Positions 42,936 through 53,667 of a stretch of 63,901 nt of DNA are shown in pieces. Every line of letters begins with the position of its first letter. Positions within the stretch are counted from its first letter, which is position 1. Under the pieces are notes generated by a model. The model did no database searches. It was not told the DNA's origin and worked only from the letters and a program-made list of their open reading frames with translations. The DNA comes from Eledone cirrhosa. Its lineage: Eukaryota. The stretch spans positions 11,718,001 through 11,781,901 of the forward strand of contig OZ024745.1 of the NCBI GenBank assembly GCA_964016885.1. The letters run 5' to 3'. The position numbers and the translations under genes were made by a program.

Positions 42936-42988
<53 letters not shown>
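42838..42988. repeat. Two (TA)n runs separated by a ~30-bp spacer
   Basis: Direct reading of the sequence. Confidence 0.95.
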
Positions 42989-42994
<6 letters not shown>

Positions 42995-43144
42995 GAGTCG
43001 AGGCTCAACGACTGAGCTCTTGCTGTTACAATAGCTAATTTCAGTCTGGGCCTCGACTCTTACTATTAAAGTTACTCTCTACCATCCCAAGTATCGAGTA
43101 CTCTGCTGAAGAATGGTCATACTAGTTTAAAACTGGTAAAACCC

Positions 43145-43148
<4 letters not shown>
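42989..43148 (-). mobile_element. Second copy of the unclassified (TA)n-associated repeat, with an internally inverted hairpin module
   Basis: The reverse complement aligns with 42057-42110 (GACCAT...AGTACTCGATACTTGGGATGGTAGAG...TAATAG), while 43008-43040 aligns with 42128-42160 in direct orientation. Confidence 0.55.
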
Positions 43149-43218
<70 letters not shown>

Positions 43219-43229
43219 GTGTGCGCGTG

Positions 43230-43264
<35 letters not shown>

Positions 43265-43266
43265 AT
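43148..43266. repeat. (TC)n then (TA)n/(GT)n microsatellites
   Basis: Direct reading of the sequence. Confidence 0.95.
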
Positions 43267-43489
43267 AATTATAGAATGTGCAACCTAATATGTAGGCATA
43301 TAAACATATCAGAAAATATGTTGCTCAACAGATAATACAATGTTAACAATGTTAACAGATAACAGATGTTAACACATCTGTTGCTCAACAAATGTTAAAA
43401 CAATGGTAACATCTGCTGAGCTACAGATGTTATGTTAAAATTTAGTGAAAAAGAAACCATGTTTGCCGAAGATACCTCATCCAGGGCTA

Positions 43490-44072
43490 TAACTATAGAT
43501 GTTTACCTGCAATATGTAGGTAACTTTAGATTTATACCTGTAATATGTAGGTAACTTTAGATTTATACCTGTAATATGTAGGTAACTTTAGATTTATACC
43601 TGTAATATGTAGGTAACTTTAGATTTATACCTGTAATATGTTGGTAACTATAGATGTTTACCTGCAATATGTAGGTAACTTTAGATTTATACCTGTAATA
43701 TGTAGGTAACTTTAGATTTATACCTGTAATATGTAGGTAACTTTAGATTTATACCTGTAATATGTAGGTAACTTTAGATTTATACCTGTAATATGTAGGT
43801 AACTTTAGATTTATACCTGTAATATGTAGGTAACTTTAGATTTATACCTGTAATATGTAGGTAACTTTAGATTTATACCTGTAATATGTAGGTAACTTTA
43901 GATTTATACCTGTAATATGTAGATAACTTTAGATTTATACCTGTAATATGTAGGTAACTTTAGATTTATACCTGTAATATGTAGGTAACTTTAGATTTAT
44001 ACCTGTAATATGTAGGTAACTATAGATGTTTACCTGTAATATGTAGGTAACTATAGATGTTTACCTGTAATA
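43490..44072. repeat. 31-bp minisatellite, about 18-19 copies
   Basis: Unit GTAACTTTAGATTTATACCTGTAATATGTAG. A variant, TAACTATAGATGTTTACCTG, occurs at both ends and once internally. Confidence 0.97.
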
Positions 44073-44269
44073 TATAATTAGCTGACACAGCATGAGAACC
44101 TGTTCACAAAATAATAAAGGCCACGGCTAATTAGGAAATTACAAAATGTTGATCGAATTATGAAACTGTGTAAAATATTCCATAAGTTTAACCTATAAAT
44201 TGCATATACACAAGTATAGGCAAATATATTTATATGTACGTATAGGTCGGAATAGCCCCTTTTATATAA

Positions 44270-44400
44270 TACATACACACATACATACACACATACATAC
44301 ATACACACATACATACACACACACATACATACTTACATACATACACACACACATACATACATACATACACACATACATACACACATACATACATACATAC
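44270..44400. repeat. (CATA)n/(CA)n microsatellite
   Basis: Direct reading. Similar runs occur at 44936-45059 and 45667-45832. Confidence 0.95.
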
Positions 44401-44403
44401 TTG

Positions 44404-44939
44404 ATGGCTGCCCCCTCGTTATCGAGTATGGCCATTGCATGATATACCATTATTAATAATTATTAATTAATTCTATCGTGCAATGCCTGTGCGTGAAGAT
44501 ATTTTTTAAAGTGAGGAAAGACTGTGCACTGAGCCAATCCCACTCTCTGGGCGACAGTAGCTATAACCCGAAAAGAAGAAAAGATCAACATCATCGGTAA
44601 CTACTGAGCCGCAGGTTTTATATCGGAGTTATCCCAGTTTCCTGAGTTGCCTTCTCCTAGAAGAACGCCCTGACAAGGGATAGGGGTCCTTCACTCCCAG
44701 TGGTTTAACCACGCGGTACATGTGTATATACATATTTATACACTTTCGGATGGTTGTTGACTCTTATGAGTTCTTCCGCCCTTTGTCAGGTTTTGTTTTT
44801 TGTCCTGCGGGGTGTCCAAAATCACCCCCTTCACCAAGTAAACTTGGTGGGGTTGCCGGTTTAGTCGCCGATTACTCAACCATGCGACAGGTTGTACTGG
44901 GTTACATGTTACCAGTAGCACTCAAGAGTGACCCGACAT
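44404..44939. mobile_element. Copy 1 of a diverged interspersed repeat (probably a non-LTR retroelement UTR) between (CATA)n runs
   Basis: Colinear similarity to 45059-45665: GGCTGCC..CTCGTT.TCGAGTA.GGCCA, GCAATGCCTGTG, CCTTCTCCTAGAA and CCTTGGTGGGGTTGCCRGTTTAGTCGCC. The class assignment is inference only. Confidence 0.7.
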
Positions 44940-45058
44940 ACATACACACACACACATACACACATACACACACACACATACACACATTCACACATACACA
45001 CATACATACATACATACATACATATACACACACATACATACATACATACATACATACA

Positions 45059-45665
45059 TGGTGGCTGCCAACTCGTTTTCGAGTACGGCCACTACTTTAT
45101 ATCCATGTAGGAGAACCCCTACCGATGCGCTAAACGAGTGTGACTTTTTAGTCCAGCCAGTGACTTGAAAACTCTGGTACAAACACTACACTTGTGACAA
45201 TTATTGACACATAGTGCTGGGCCCATGGTACCATGTGACGACAAGTGCAGAGAGATCTCCAGATATAAAGCAATGCCTGTGCCGTGAAGCTTTTATAGTG
45301 AGCAAAGGCACTGCACAAAGCCAGTCCCACTCTCTTAACCAAGATGATATTTACCAAAAAGAAGAACAAGTCAACATCATTGGATACCATCAGGGTTGCA
45401 GGTGTTATATCAGAGTTTTCCTTCTCCTAGAATTCTGCCTTGACAAAGGCTAAGGGGTCATCTCTCCCGGTGATTTTGGATGGCCATTGACTCTTAAGAG
45501 CTCCTTTGGCCTTTGACAGGTTTTGTTTTTAGTCCTGCAGGATGTCCAAAGTCACCCTCCTCACCAAGAAACCTTGGTGGGGTTGCCAGTTTAGTCGCCA
45601 ACGACCCCACCATGTCAGGTCACCAGTTGGTGCTACTGGTAACATGTATCCCAGTACAACCTGTC
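45059..45665. mobile_element. Copy 2 of the same interspersed repeat
   Basis: Same shared blocks as copy 1. It is more complete at the left end, and its terminal 54 bp are inverted relative to copy 1. Confidence 0.7.
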
Positions 45666-45934
45666 TCACATACATACATACATACATACATACATACATA
45701 CATACATACATACACACACATACATACATATAGACATACACACACACATACATACACACATACACACATACATACACACCACATACATACACACATACAC
45801 ACATACATACATACATACATACAGACACACATCCACCACGTCTATATAGTCAATGTTGTCTAAATTCCAATGAAATTGTCTCGTTTCTGAGTTGTAAACA
45901 AACATAAACCTGTTAATCCATCAACACACATCAA

Positions 45935-46275
45935 TACATCCTTCCATACATACATCCTTCCATACACACATCCTTCCATACATACATCCTTCCATACATA
46001 CATCCTTCCATACACACATCCTTCCATACATACATCCTTCCATACACACATCCTTCCATACATACATCCTTCCATACACACATCCTTCCATACATACATC
46101 CTTCCATACATACATCCTTCCATACACACATCCTTCCATACATACATCCTTCCATACACACATCCTTCCATACATACATCCTTCCATACATACATCCTTC
46201 CATACACACATCCTTCCATACACACATCCTTCCATACATACATCCTTCCATACATACATCCTTCCATACATACAC
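45935..46275. repeat. 16-bp minisatellite, about 21 copies
   Basis: Unit ATCCTTCCATACA(T/C)AC. It accounts for the MEGCMYGRMYVWKDVC ORFs. Confidence 0.97.
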
Positions 46276-47097
46276 CCTTCCATCTATATATACACCCCTC
46301 CATCTATATATACACCCGTCCATCTATATACACCCCCTCCACCTATATATACACCCGTCCATCTATATATACACCCGTCCATCTCTATACACCCCTCCAC
46401 CCATCAATGCACCCTTCCATCTATATATACACCCCTCCATCTATATATACACCCGTCCATCTATACACACACCCTCCACTTATATATACACCCGTCTATC
46501 TATATATACACCCTTCCATCTCTATACACCCCTCCACCCATCAATGCACCCTTCCATCTATATATACACCCCTCCATCTATATATACACTCGTCCATCTA
46601 TAGACACCCCCTCCACTTATATATATACACCCGTCCATCTATATATACACCCGTCCATCTTTATACACCCCTCCACCCATCAATGCACCCTTCCATCTAT
46701 ATATACACCCCTCCATCTATATATACACCCTCCATCTATACATATGTATATACACTCTCCATCTATATATACACCCCTCCATCTACATATACACCCGTCC
46801 ATCTATATACACCCTCCTCCACCTATATATACACCCGTCCATCTATATATACACCCGTCCATCTCTATACACCCCTCCATCTATATATACACCCTTCCAT
46901 CTCTATATACACCCCTCCATCTATATATACACCCTCCATTTATATATACACCGGTACATCTATATATACACCCCTCCATCTATATATACACCCGTCCACC
47001 TATATATACACCCCCCCCCCACCTATATATATACACCCGTCCATCTCTATACACCCCTCCACCCATCAATGCATCCGTCCATCTATATATACACCCG
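46276..47097. repeat. Degenerate 18-22-bp minisatellite
   Basis: Unit approximately ACACCC(C/G/T)TCCATCTATATAT with variable TA count. A CCCATCAATGCA variant recurs 4 times. Confidence 0.93.
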
Positions 47098-47234
47098 AAA
47101 TATGGGTAAATGTCCCATAAAAGGATTCGCCATCAATTATCGGAGTCACATGATCAAATATAACAAAATATAAAGTTTTGTAAAGGTGTGTAATGGACAA
47201 ATGTAAGGTTTCAACGGAATGGTATTGAAGCTTA

Positions 47235-47237
<3 letters not shown>

Positions 47238-47288
<51 letters not shown>

Positions 47289-47414
47289 TATGTTTCTGTA
47301 TGTGTGCGTGTGTGTTTGTGTTTGTGTGTGTGTGTTTCTGTGTGTGCTTGTGTGTGTGTGTCATAAAATGTAAATAAAGATATAAAAAATTAAATAGAAT
47401 CAACCATACATTGA

Positions 47415-47478
<64 letters not shown>
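47238..47478. repeat. (GT)n (47238-47361) and (TA)n (47419-47478) microsatellites
   Basis: Direct reading of the sequence. Confidence 0.95.
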
Positions 47479-47479
<1 letters not shown>

Positions 47480-48355
47480 GGACGTTGTAATTTCCCTGTC
47501 GTTTCTTTAATATAAAAGTGAAATACAACTAATAGGTAGCGACAAACACATTGATTCCCTTGAGGCTACAGTCTCCGTATCAATAACTGCAGATTTTAGC
47601 ACATGTCACTGCGATTTGTATCGATATCAATAAATGGAAAGAGATAAGTGCAGCCGGGAACGTTAGAATGTTTTCTATGCTGCTACGGTTTGCTATCTAA
47701 AGTGTCCAATTACAAAGACGACCACAATTCTTTTAACCTCTCCCTATCTATAACTACGGCTTTTTCCCCATTCCTTTTAATTAATTCATCTTTTCTGCTC
47801 CCAGATCTTCTATTTATTCACCAAAGGGAACTTTTACATAGAAGTATAAAAGGGAAAATATGTTGCATATTACAAATTGATAATAAAAATATACAGCAGC
47901 GTCTAAGCATTACACACGCTATTATTTATTCAATTTAAACGTCCGTGTAGAGCTAGTAAGACATGACAGACTATGGATAGTATCTAGCTCTTCTTACATT
48001 TGAAAAACAAACAAACAAAAAAAGATTTACAGAGACAAGTGAATATAAAACTTAAAATAATAAATAAAGTTAAAAGATGAAATAAAATAAATTAAAATAT
48101 GGAAGGCCAGCTGGAAGCAAAAATAGCATTAAAAAAGTTAAAGAAAAAATGGTAAGGAAGAGAAGCTGTAAAGCATCTAGGAGGTTCTTTTGTTGAATCT
48201 TTTCATAACCTCTATGTACTAAAAAATTTGGTTTATAGTTGGTAGATATTTTACAATATATTCTATTTCTAATGTTGGTAGTTGTTTAATGATCAGCTCC
48301 AAGATGTCCTGATAGTTGGATCAAATAGTGCCAAAGACTTTCTAGGTAACATTAT

Positions 48356-48532
48356 TGGTGGATTGGTACATTACTGGTACTTTATTTTATTGACCCCGTA
48401 AGGATGAAAGGCAAAGTTAACCTCAAATCCCGCCGAGGTTAACTTTGTCTTTCATCCTTACGGGGTCGATAAAATAAAGTACCAGTAATGTACTGGGTAT
48501 TTGCTGGCCTTGTGCCTAAAGTAGAAACAATT
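48356..48532 (+). mobile_element. tRNA-derived SINE whose head is replaced by an inverted copy of its own core
   Basis: Starts GGTGGATTGG like the intact neighbouring copy, then a 59-bp inverted core (48366-48424), then a normal body (AAATCCCGCCGAGGTTAACTTTG...GCCTTGTGCCTAAAGTAGAAACAATT). Confidence 0.9.
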
Positions 48533-48535
48533 ATT

Positions 48536-48723
48536 GGTGGATTGGCAGTATCGGTAGAGGGTCGGACGCCATGCTTTGCAACAAAGAGTTACGGCCCTTT
48601 ATGGTCTAAGTTCAAATCCCTCTGAGGTTAACTTTGCCTTTCATCCTTACGGGTGTCGATAAAATAAAGTACCAGTAATGCACTGGGATAATTGCTGGCC
48701 TTGTGCCAAAAGTAGAAACAATT
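48536..48723 (+). mobile_element. Full-length tRNA-derived SINE, in tandem with the previous copy
   Basis: A-box-like TGGCAGTATCGG (48543-48554), B box GTTCAAATCC (48610-48619) and central GCCTTTCATCCTT..GGTCGATAAAATAAAGTACCAG. From memory, that central block resembles the MetaSINE/MESC-type conserved domain. Confidence 0.88.
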
Positions 48724-48751
48724 TATATTTAAATATATTGTTGTTTATCCT

Positions 48752-48906
48752 CAAGTTAGCTCTGATCAATAAACCCAAGAACAAAGTCACTCCCATTCTT
48801 CCAGACTAGTATATCTAGAATTACATCCAATGTTTTCTTCCTTCTTTAAGACTGTATCGTGTGATATGAGGAAGATGTAGCTGCTATTTATTGTAGGTCG
48901 AGAAAC
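48752..48906. mobile_element. Old interspersed repeat fragment related to 55570-55692
   Basis: Shared blocks in the same order: CTCTGAT.....ACCCA, CTAGT and TTTAAGAC.GT...GTGT.AT. Similarity is weak. Confidence 0.4.
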
Positions 48907-48911
48907 TTGTT

Positions 48912-49002
48912 CGCGTTTCTATTTAGCAGACGACACTAGGTTTCTGTATTGAATAAGGTCGTGTTTCTGTTTATCAGACGACTAGGTTTCTATATTGAAT
49001 AG
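48912..49002. repeat. Local tandem duplication of about 47 bp
   Basis: TCG(C/T)GTTTCT(A/G)TTTA(G/T)CAGACGAC(AC)TAGGTTTCT(G/A)TATTGAATA occurs twice. Confidence 0.85.
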
Positions 49003-49296
49003 TTTCACCATAATAACAAGGTTTGAACTCAGAGACGCCATAACGTTTCCCAACTCAGCGTTGCACTATTATTAATACATTTTTATATTTGATAAGATAT
49101 AACAAGAAAAACCTAAGATTTTATTTATTAGCGTCTGGCTGCTTATTCAATTAATATTGCTTATTACGAGAATAATTATCAAAACTTGCGAAAATTTGAT
49201 CGTAATCTACTAGTTACAAGTTAGAACACTAAACTAGGATTTCATACGCACATTACTTGTGTGTGCACATATTAATGTCTTACACACACACACAGA

Positions 49297-49469
<173 letters not shown>

Positions 49470-50238
49470 ATACATCTCTTCGCCCTCTCTTTCGTATGTT
49501 GACAAGAAAATAAGATTTCTCTAGGTAAATATAGTTTCACAAATGCTTACATTTACGAATTTATTGTAAATTTATGTGCTCCTATTTTACTTCTGCTAGA
49601 AATTATTGTTTTGAACTTCAAGAGATGAATAATGGCTAAGAACGTATAGACATAAATTATATTCTTAGGCGGAAAGAAGGAAAAAATTTGATCTATATAT
49701 ACCATACTAACTCTAAATGTTTCTCTTTCTCATTTATGTTTTTAAGCTGAATATCATCAAACACATTTTCCTTTTACAACTATATAATAATACTGACCAA
49801 GTGGAAAATGTATAGGTTTGAATGGAATTGAATTTCACTTATTTCCTCAGCACATGTAGTGTTATATGCATTAAGAAAGGTCGGCCTCCACGATTTATAG
49901 AGAAATTAAGTAGTGGTTCGATGGTAGGATGTCAAAACGAATGGTTTATTTGCAAGCAATTGGATATTAGATTAAGTTCGTAGTCCAAATTGTGTTGCAA
50001 ACTTTCTGTAGGTTATATAAACATTTCTAGAGATATATTGCAGATTATCCTAACGAAGCGAAAAACAAAGATAATTTTTACTTAAGATTTCAAAAGAGGC
50101 GGTATATAGCCGCTTAATTGTATCGAGTTCAGAGATTATCGGTTGGGGATTCTGGTGATAGTGTTTAATTTACAGCGCTGGAAAATTATGTGTACAATGA
50201 AAATATTTTAGCCGAATAAAAAGAAAAGAAAATGATTT

Positions 50239-50265
50239 GGTGTTTCGGGTTAAAGCCTTTATCGG
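50239..50265 (-). ncRNA. Degenerate minimal hammerhead ribozyme motif, probably inactive
   Basis: The minus strand reads CCGATAA-AGG-CTTTAA-CCC-GAAAC-ACC versus the canonical CTGANGA-stem II-GAAAC. It has two core mismatches and no clear NUH cleavage triplet. Confidence 0.4.
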
Positions 50266-50606
50266 GGCAGATTAAAGAACAAGAAATGTGTTAGAACAAT
50301 GGAAGGTTAGAGAACAGATGTGTTTCTTTCAGCTATATCTTGCAGTAGAAGAGGACAAGCGAACTAGGTGGTGCCTTAAGAGCAGGTAGCGAGAGATGGT
50401 CAGAAGAGAGAAAAGAATGAGGAAGAAAGGGAACGGGAGAAAAGGAAGAAAGGAGTGGTGATATCTAGAAATATACAAAAGTTATCTATTTAACAGCTGA
50501 AGTTTGTGTGTAGATATGTGTAAATGTGGGAACGTTGGTAATTATGTTTGTGTGTGCTGATGTATGTGTCTGATATGTTCAGTGTTAGCATAACAGTGAG
50601 GGATTA

Positions 50607-52760
50607 GTGTATATATATGCTGTAAGATGTATATATATGCTGTAAGGTGTATATATGCTGTAAGATGTGTATATATGCTGTGAGATGTATATATATATGC
50701 TGTGAGGTGTATATATATGCTGTGAGGTGTATATATATATGCTGTAAGATGTATATATATGCTGTAAGGTGTATATATACGCTGTAAGGTGTATATATAT
50801 GCGGTGAGGTGTATATATGCTGTGAGGTGTATATATATGCGGTAAGATGTATATATATGCTGTAAGATATGTATATATGCTGTGAGGTGTATATATATGC
50901 TGTAAGATGTATATATATGCTGTGAGGTGTATATATATGCTGTAAGATGTATATATATGCTGTGAGGTGTATATATATGCTGTGAGGTGTATATATATGC
51001 TGTAAGATGTATATATATGCTGTAAGATGTGTATATATGCTGTGAGGTATATATATATATGCTGTAAGATATGTATATATGCTGTGAGGTGTATATATAT
51101 ATATGCTGTGAGGTGTATATATATATGCTGTGAGGTGTGTATATATGCTGTAAGATGTATATATATGCTGTGAGGTGTTTATATATGCTGTGAGGTGTAT
51201 ATATATGCTGTGAGGTGTATATATATGCTGTAAGGTGTATATATATGCTGTAAGGTGTATATATATGCTGTGAGGTGTATATATATGCTGTAAGATGTAT
51301 ATATATGCTGTGAGGTGTATATATATGCTGTAAGATGTATATATATGCTGTGAGGTGTATATATATGCTGTAAGATGTATATATATGCTGTGAGGTGTAT
51401 ATATATGCTGTGAGGTGTATATATGCTGTGAGGTGTATATATATGCTGTAAGATGTATATATATGCTGTAAGATATGTATATATGCTGTGAGGTGTATAT
51501 ATATGCTGTAAGATGTATATATATGCTGTGAGGTGTATATATATGCTGTAATATGTATATATATGCTGTGAGGTGTATATATATGCTGTGAGGTGTATAT
51601 ATATGCTGTAAGATGTATATATATGCTGTAAGATATGTATATATGCTGTGAGGTATATATATATGCTGTAAGATATGTATATATGCTGTGAGGTGTATAT
51701 ATACGCTGTGAGGTGTATATATATATGCTGTGAGGTGTGTATATATGCTGTAAGATGTATATATATGCTGTGAGGTGTTTATATATGCTGTGAGGTGTAT
51801 ATATATGCTGTGAGGTGTATATATATATGCTGTGAGGTGTATATATATGCTGTGAGGTGTGTATATATGCTGTAAGATGTATATATGCTGTGAGGTATAT
51901 ATATATATGCTGTGAGGTGTATATATATGCTGTGAGGTGTATATACATATGCTGTGAGGTGTGTATATATGCTGTGAGGTGTATATATATATATGCTGTG
52001 AGGTGTATATATATGCTGTGAGGTGTATATATATGCTGTGAGGTGTATATATATGCTGTAAGATGTATATATATGCTGTAAGATATGTATATATGCTGTG
52101 AGGTGTATATATATATGCTGTGAGGTGTATATATATGCTGTAAGATATGTTTATATGCTGTGAGGTGTATATATATGCTGTAAGATATGTATATATGCTG
52201 TGAGGTGTATATATATATATGCTGTGAGGTGTGTATATATGCTGTGAGGTGTATATATATGCTGTGAGGTGTATATATATATATGCTGTGAGGTGTATAT
52301 ATATGCTGTGAGGTGTATATATATGCTGTAAGATGTATATATATGCTGTGAGGTGTATATATATATATGCTGTGAGGTGTATATATATGCTGTGAGGTGT
52401 ATATATATGTGCTGTAAGATATGTATATATGCTGTGAGGTGTATATATATATGCTGTGAGGTGTGTATATATGCTGTAAGATGTATATATATGCTGTGAG
52501 GTGTATATATATATATGCTGTGAGGTGTATATATATGCTGTGAGGTGTATATATATATATGCTGTGAGGTGTATATATATGCTGTGAGGTGTATATATAT
52601 ATGCTGTGAGGTGTATATATATGCTGTGAGGTGTATATATATGCTGTAAGATGTATATATATGCTGTAAGATGTATATATATGCTGTAAGATGTATACAT
52701 ATGCAGTGAGGTGTATATATATGCTGTGAGGTGTATATATATGCTGTGAGATGTATATAG
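50607..52760. repeat. ~20-bp AT-rich minisatellite, about 105 copies
   Basis: Two interleaved variants, ATATGCTGTGAGGTGTATAT and ATATGCTGTAAGATGTATAT, with variable TA count. The GGTGTTT marker recurs 600 bp apart (~51174/51774). Confidence 0.97.
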
Positions 52761-52866
52761 TGGCGTGTATGTGTATATAGTGGCGTGTATGAGTATATAA
52801 TGTCATGTATGAGTGTTGGGGCGAAGTAGGAAAAGACAGAGTAGAATGTGGTGTGTTAAGGTGCAA

Positions 52867-53057
52867 TTAGTTAAACGTGAAGACATTAATACCAAAGGGA
52901 GCAGAGGTTCGGTTGCGAAAGATGAGGTGTTGTTCCTTGTGATAAGGTGAGAGCCATGATGGAAGACCACAGCCTGAGAAGGGAGAAATAATGGGAGCAG
53001 GTGAGTTGGTGTAACAACATGTGATGTGTTATTGAAGAGGATGTCTGAAACGATCTA

Positions 53058-53058
<1 letters not shown>
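52867..53058 (-). pseudogene. GIY-YIG endonuclease C-terminal relic of a Penelope-like element
   Basis: One frame reads LDRFRHPLQ*HITCCYTNSPAPIISPFSGCGLPSWLSPYHKEQHLIFRNRTSAPFGINVFTFN*. This matches the recalled PLE pattern L.DRFREH...CGL...EQ..IF...T..P.GIN...F.* and carries one in-frame stop. Confidence 0.75.
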
Positions 53059-53113
<55 letters not shown>

Positions 53114-53130
53114 ATGTGTGTGTGTGTGTG
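53058..53130. repeat. (CA)n-(TA)n-(TG)n compound, self-complementary microsatellite
   Basis: Direct reading. It interrupts the PLE relic. Confidence 0.95.
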
Positions 53131-53315
53131 CTCCTTGCCGATAATGTGACCGTTGTGGAACACATTGGCAAATGTTGAAACCATTATTAGCATTAATTAT
53201 CAATTATCCTAATCAACATGTTGTAATATTTGTGGCAACTTTACGTCAAATGCTTCTCCCGCATTCCTCATACAATATTGATTCCTAATTAAGGCACAAG
53301 GCCAGCAATATTGAC

Positions 53316-53529
53316 GGTGGATTGGCACTAGAATCGGTAGAGCGTCCGACATCATGTTTTGTGACACAGAGTTACGTCTCTTTACACTCTGAGTTCAAAT
53401 TTTACCGAATTTAGCTTTGTCTTTCATCTTTATGGGGTTGATAAAATATAGTACCAGTAACGCACTGGGGTCGATTTAATCGAATCGACTTTCTCCTCCA
53501 AATTGGCCTTATGCCTTCATCAGAAACGA
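53316..53529 (+). mobile_element. Older full-length tRNA-derived SINE (family of 48536)
   Basis: GGTGGATTGGCA..AGAATCGGTAGAGCGTCCGAC head, GAGTTCAAAT B box, TTTCATCTTT..GGGGTTGATAAAATATAGTACCAG core and TGGCCTTATGCC tail. An antisense tail fragment precedes it at ~53282-53309. Confidence 0.85.
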
Positions 53530-53588
53530 AAAGTTCTAAAGTTTAAACAGAGAAATATTTTATTAAAGCTCGGTTTATCAAGTAAATA

Positions 53589-53667
53589 TTGGGTTGTAAC
53601 ATAAGTTCCCGCCGTCTTTTTATCAAGAAGTTTTATAACAACGGCGGGAATGTATGTTACAACCCAA
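53589..53667. mobile_element. 79-bp Tc1/mariner-type MITE
   Basis: 27-bp TIRs TTGGGTTGTAACATA(AG/CA)TTCCCGCCGT (25/27 match), a 25-nt spacer and TA on both sides (53587-53588 and 53668-53669). Confidence 0.88.

Larger units (their letters stand above)
50150..53058 (-). mobile_element. Decayed Penelope-like (Neptune-type) retroelement 3' region
   Basis: A GIY-YIG C-terminal relic at 52867-53058, then a 3' UTR interrupted by a minisatellite, then a hammerhead-like motif at 50239-50265, all on the minus strand in the order expected for PLEs. Boundaries are approximate. Confidence 0.6.

Noticed and set aside
47648-47938. 96-aa ORF in unique sequence
   Set aside because: GTG start, AT-rich, no recognisable motif or splice structure.
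48296-48350. Possible C-type-lectin-like exon (PRCPDSWIK)
   Set aside because: It is followed immediately by a stop, the acceptor is weak, and it is too short to support.
50542-52866. 774-aa and 698-aa His/Ile/Tyr-rich ORFs
   Set aside because: They are translations of the ~20-bp TA-rich minisatellite.
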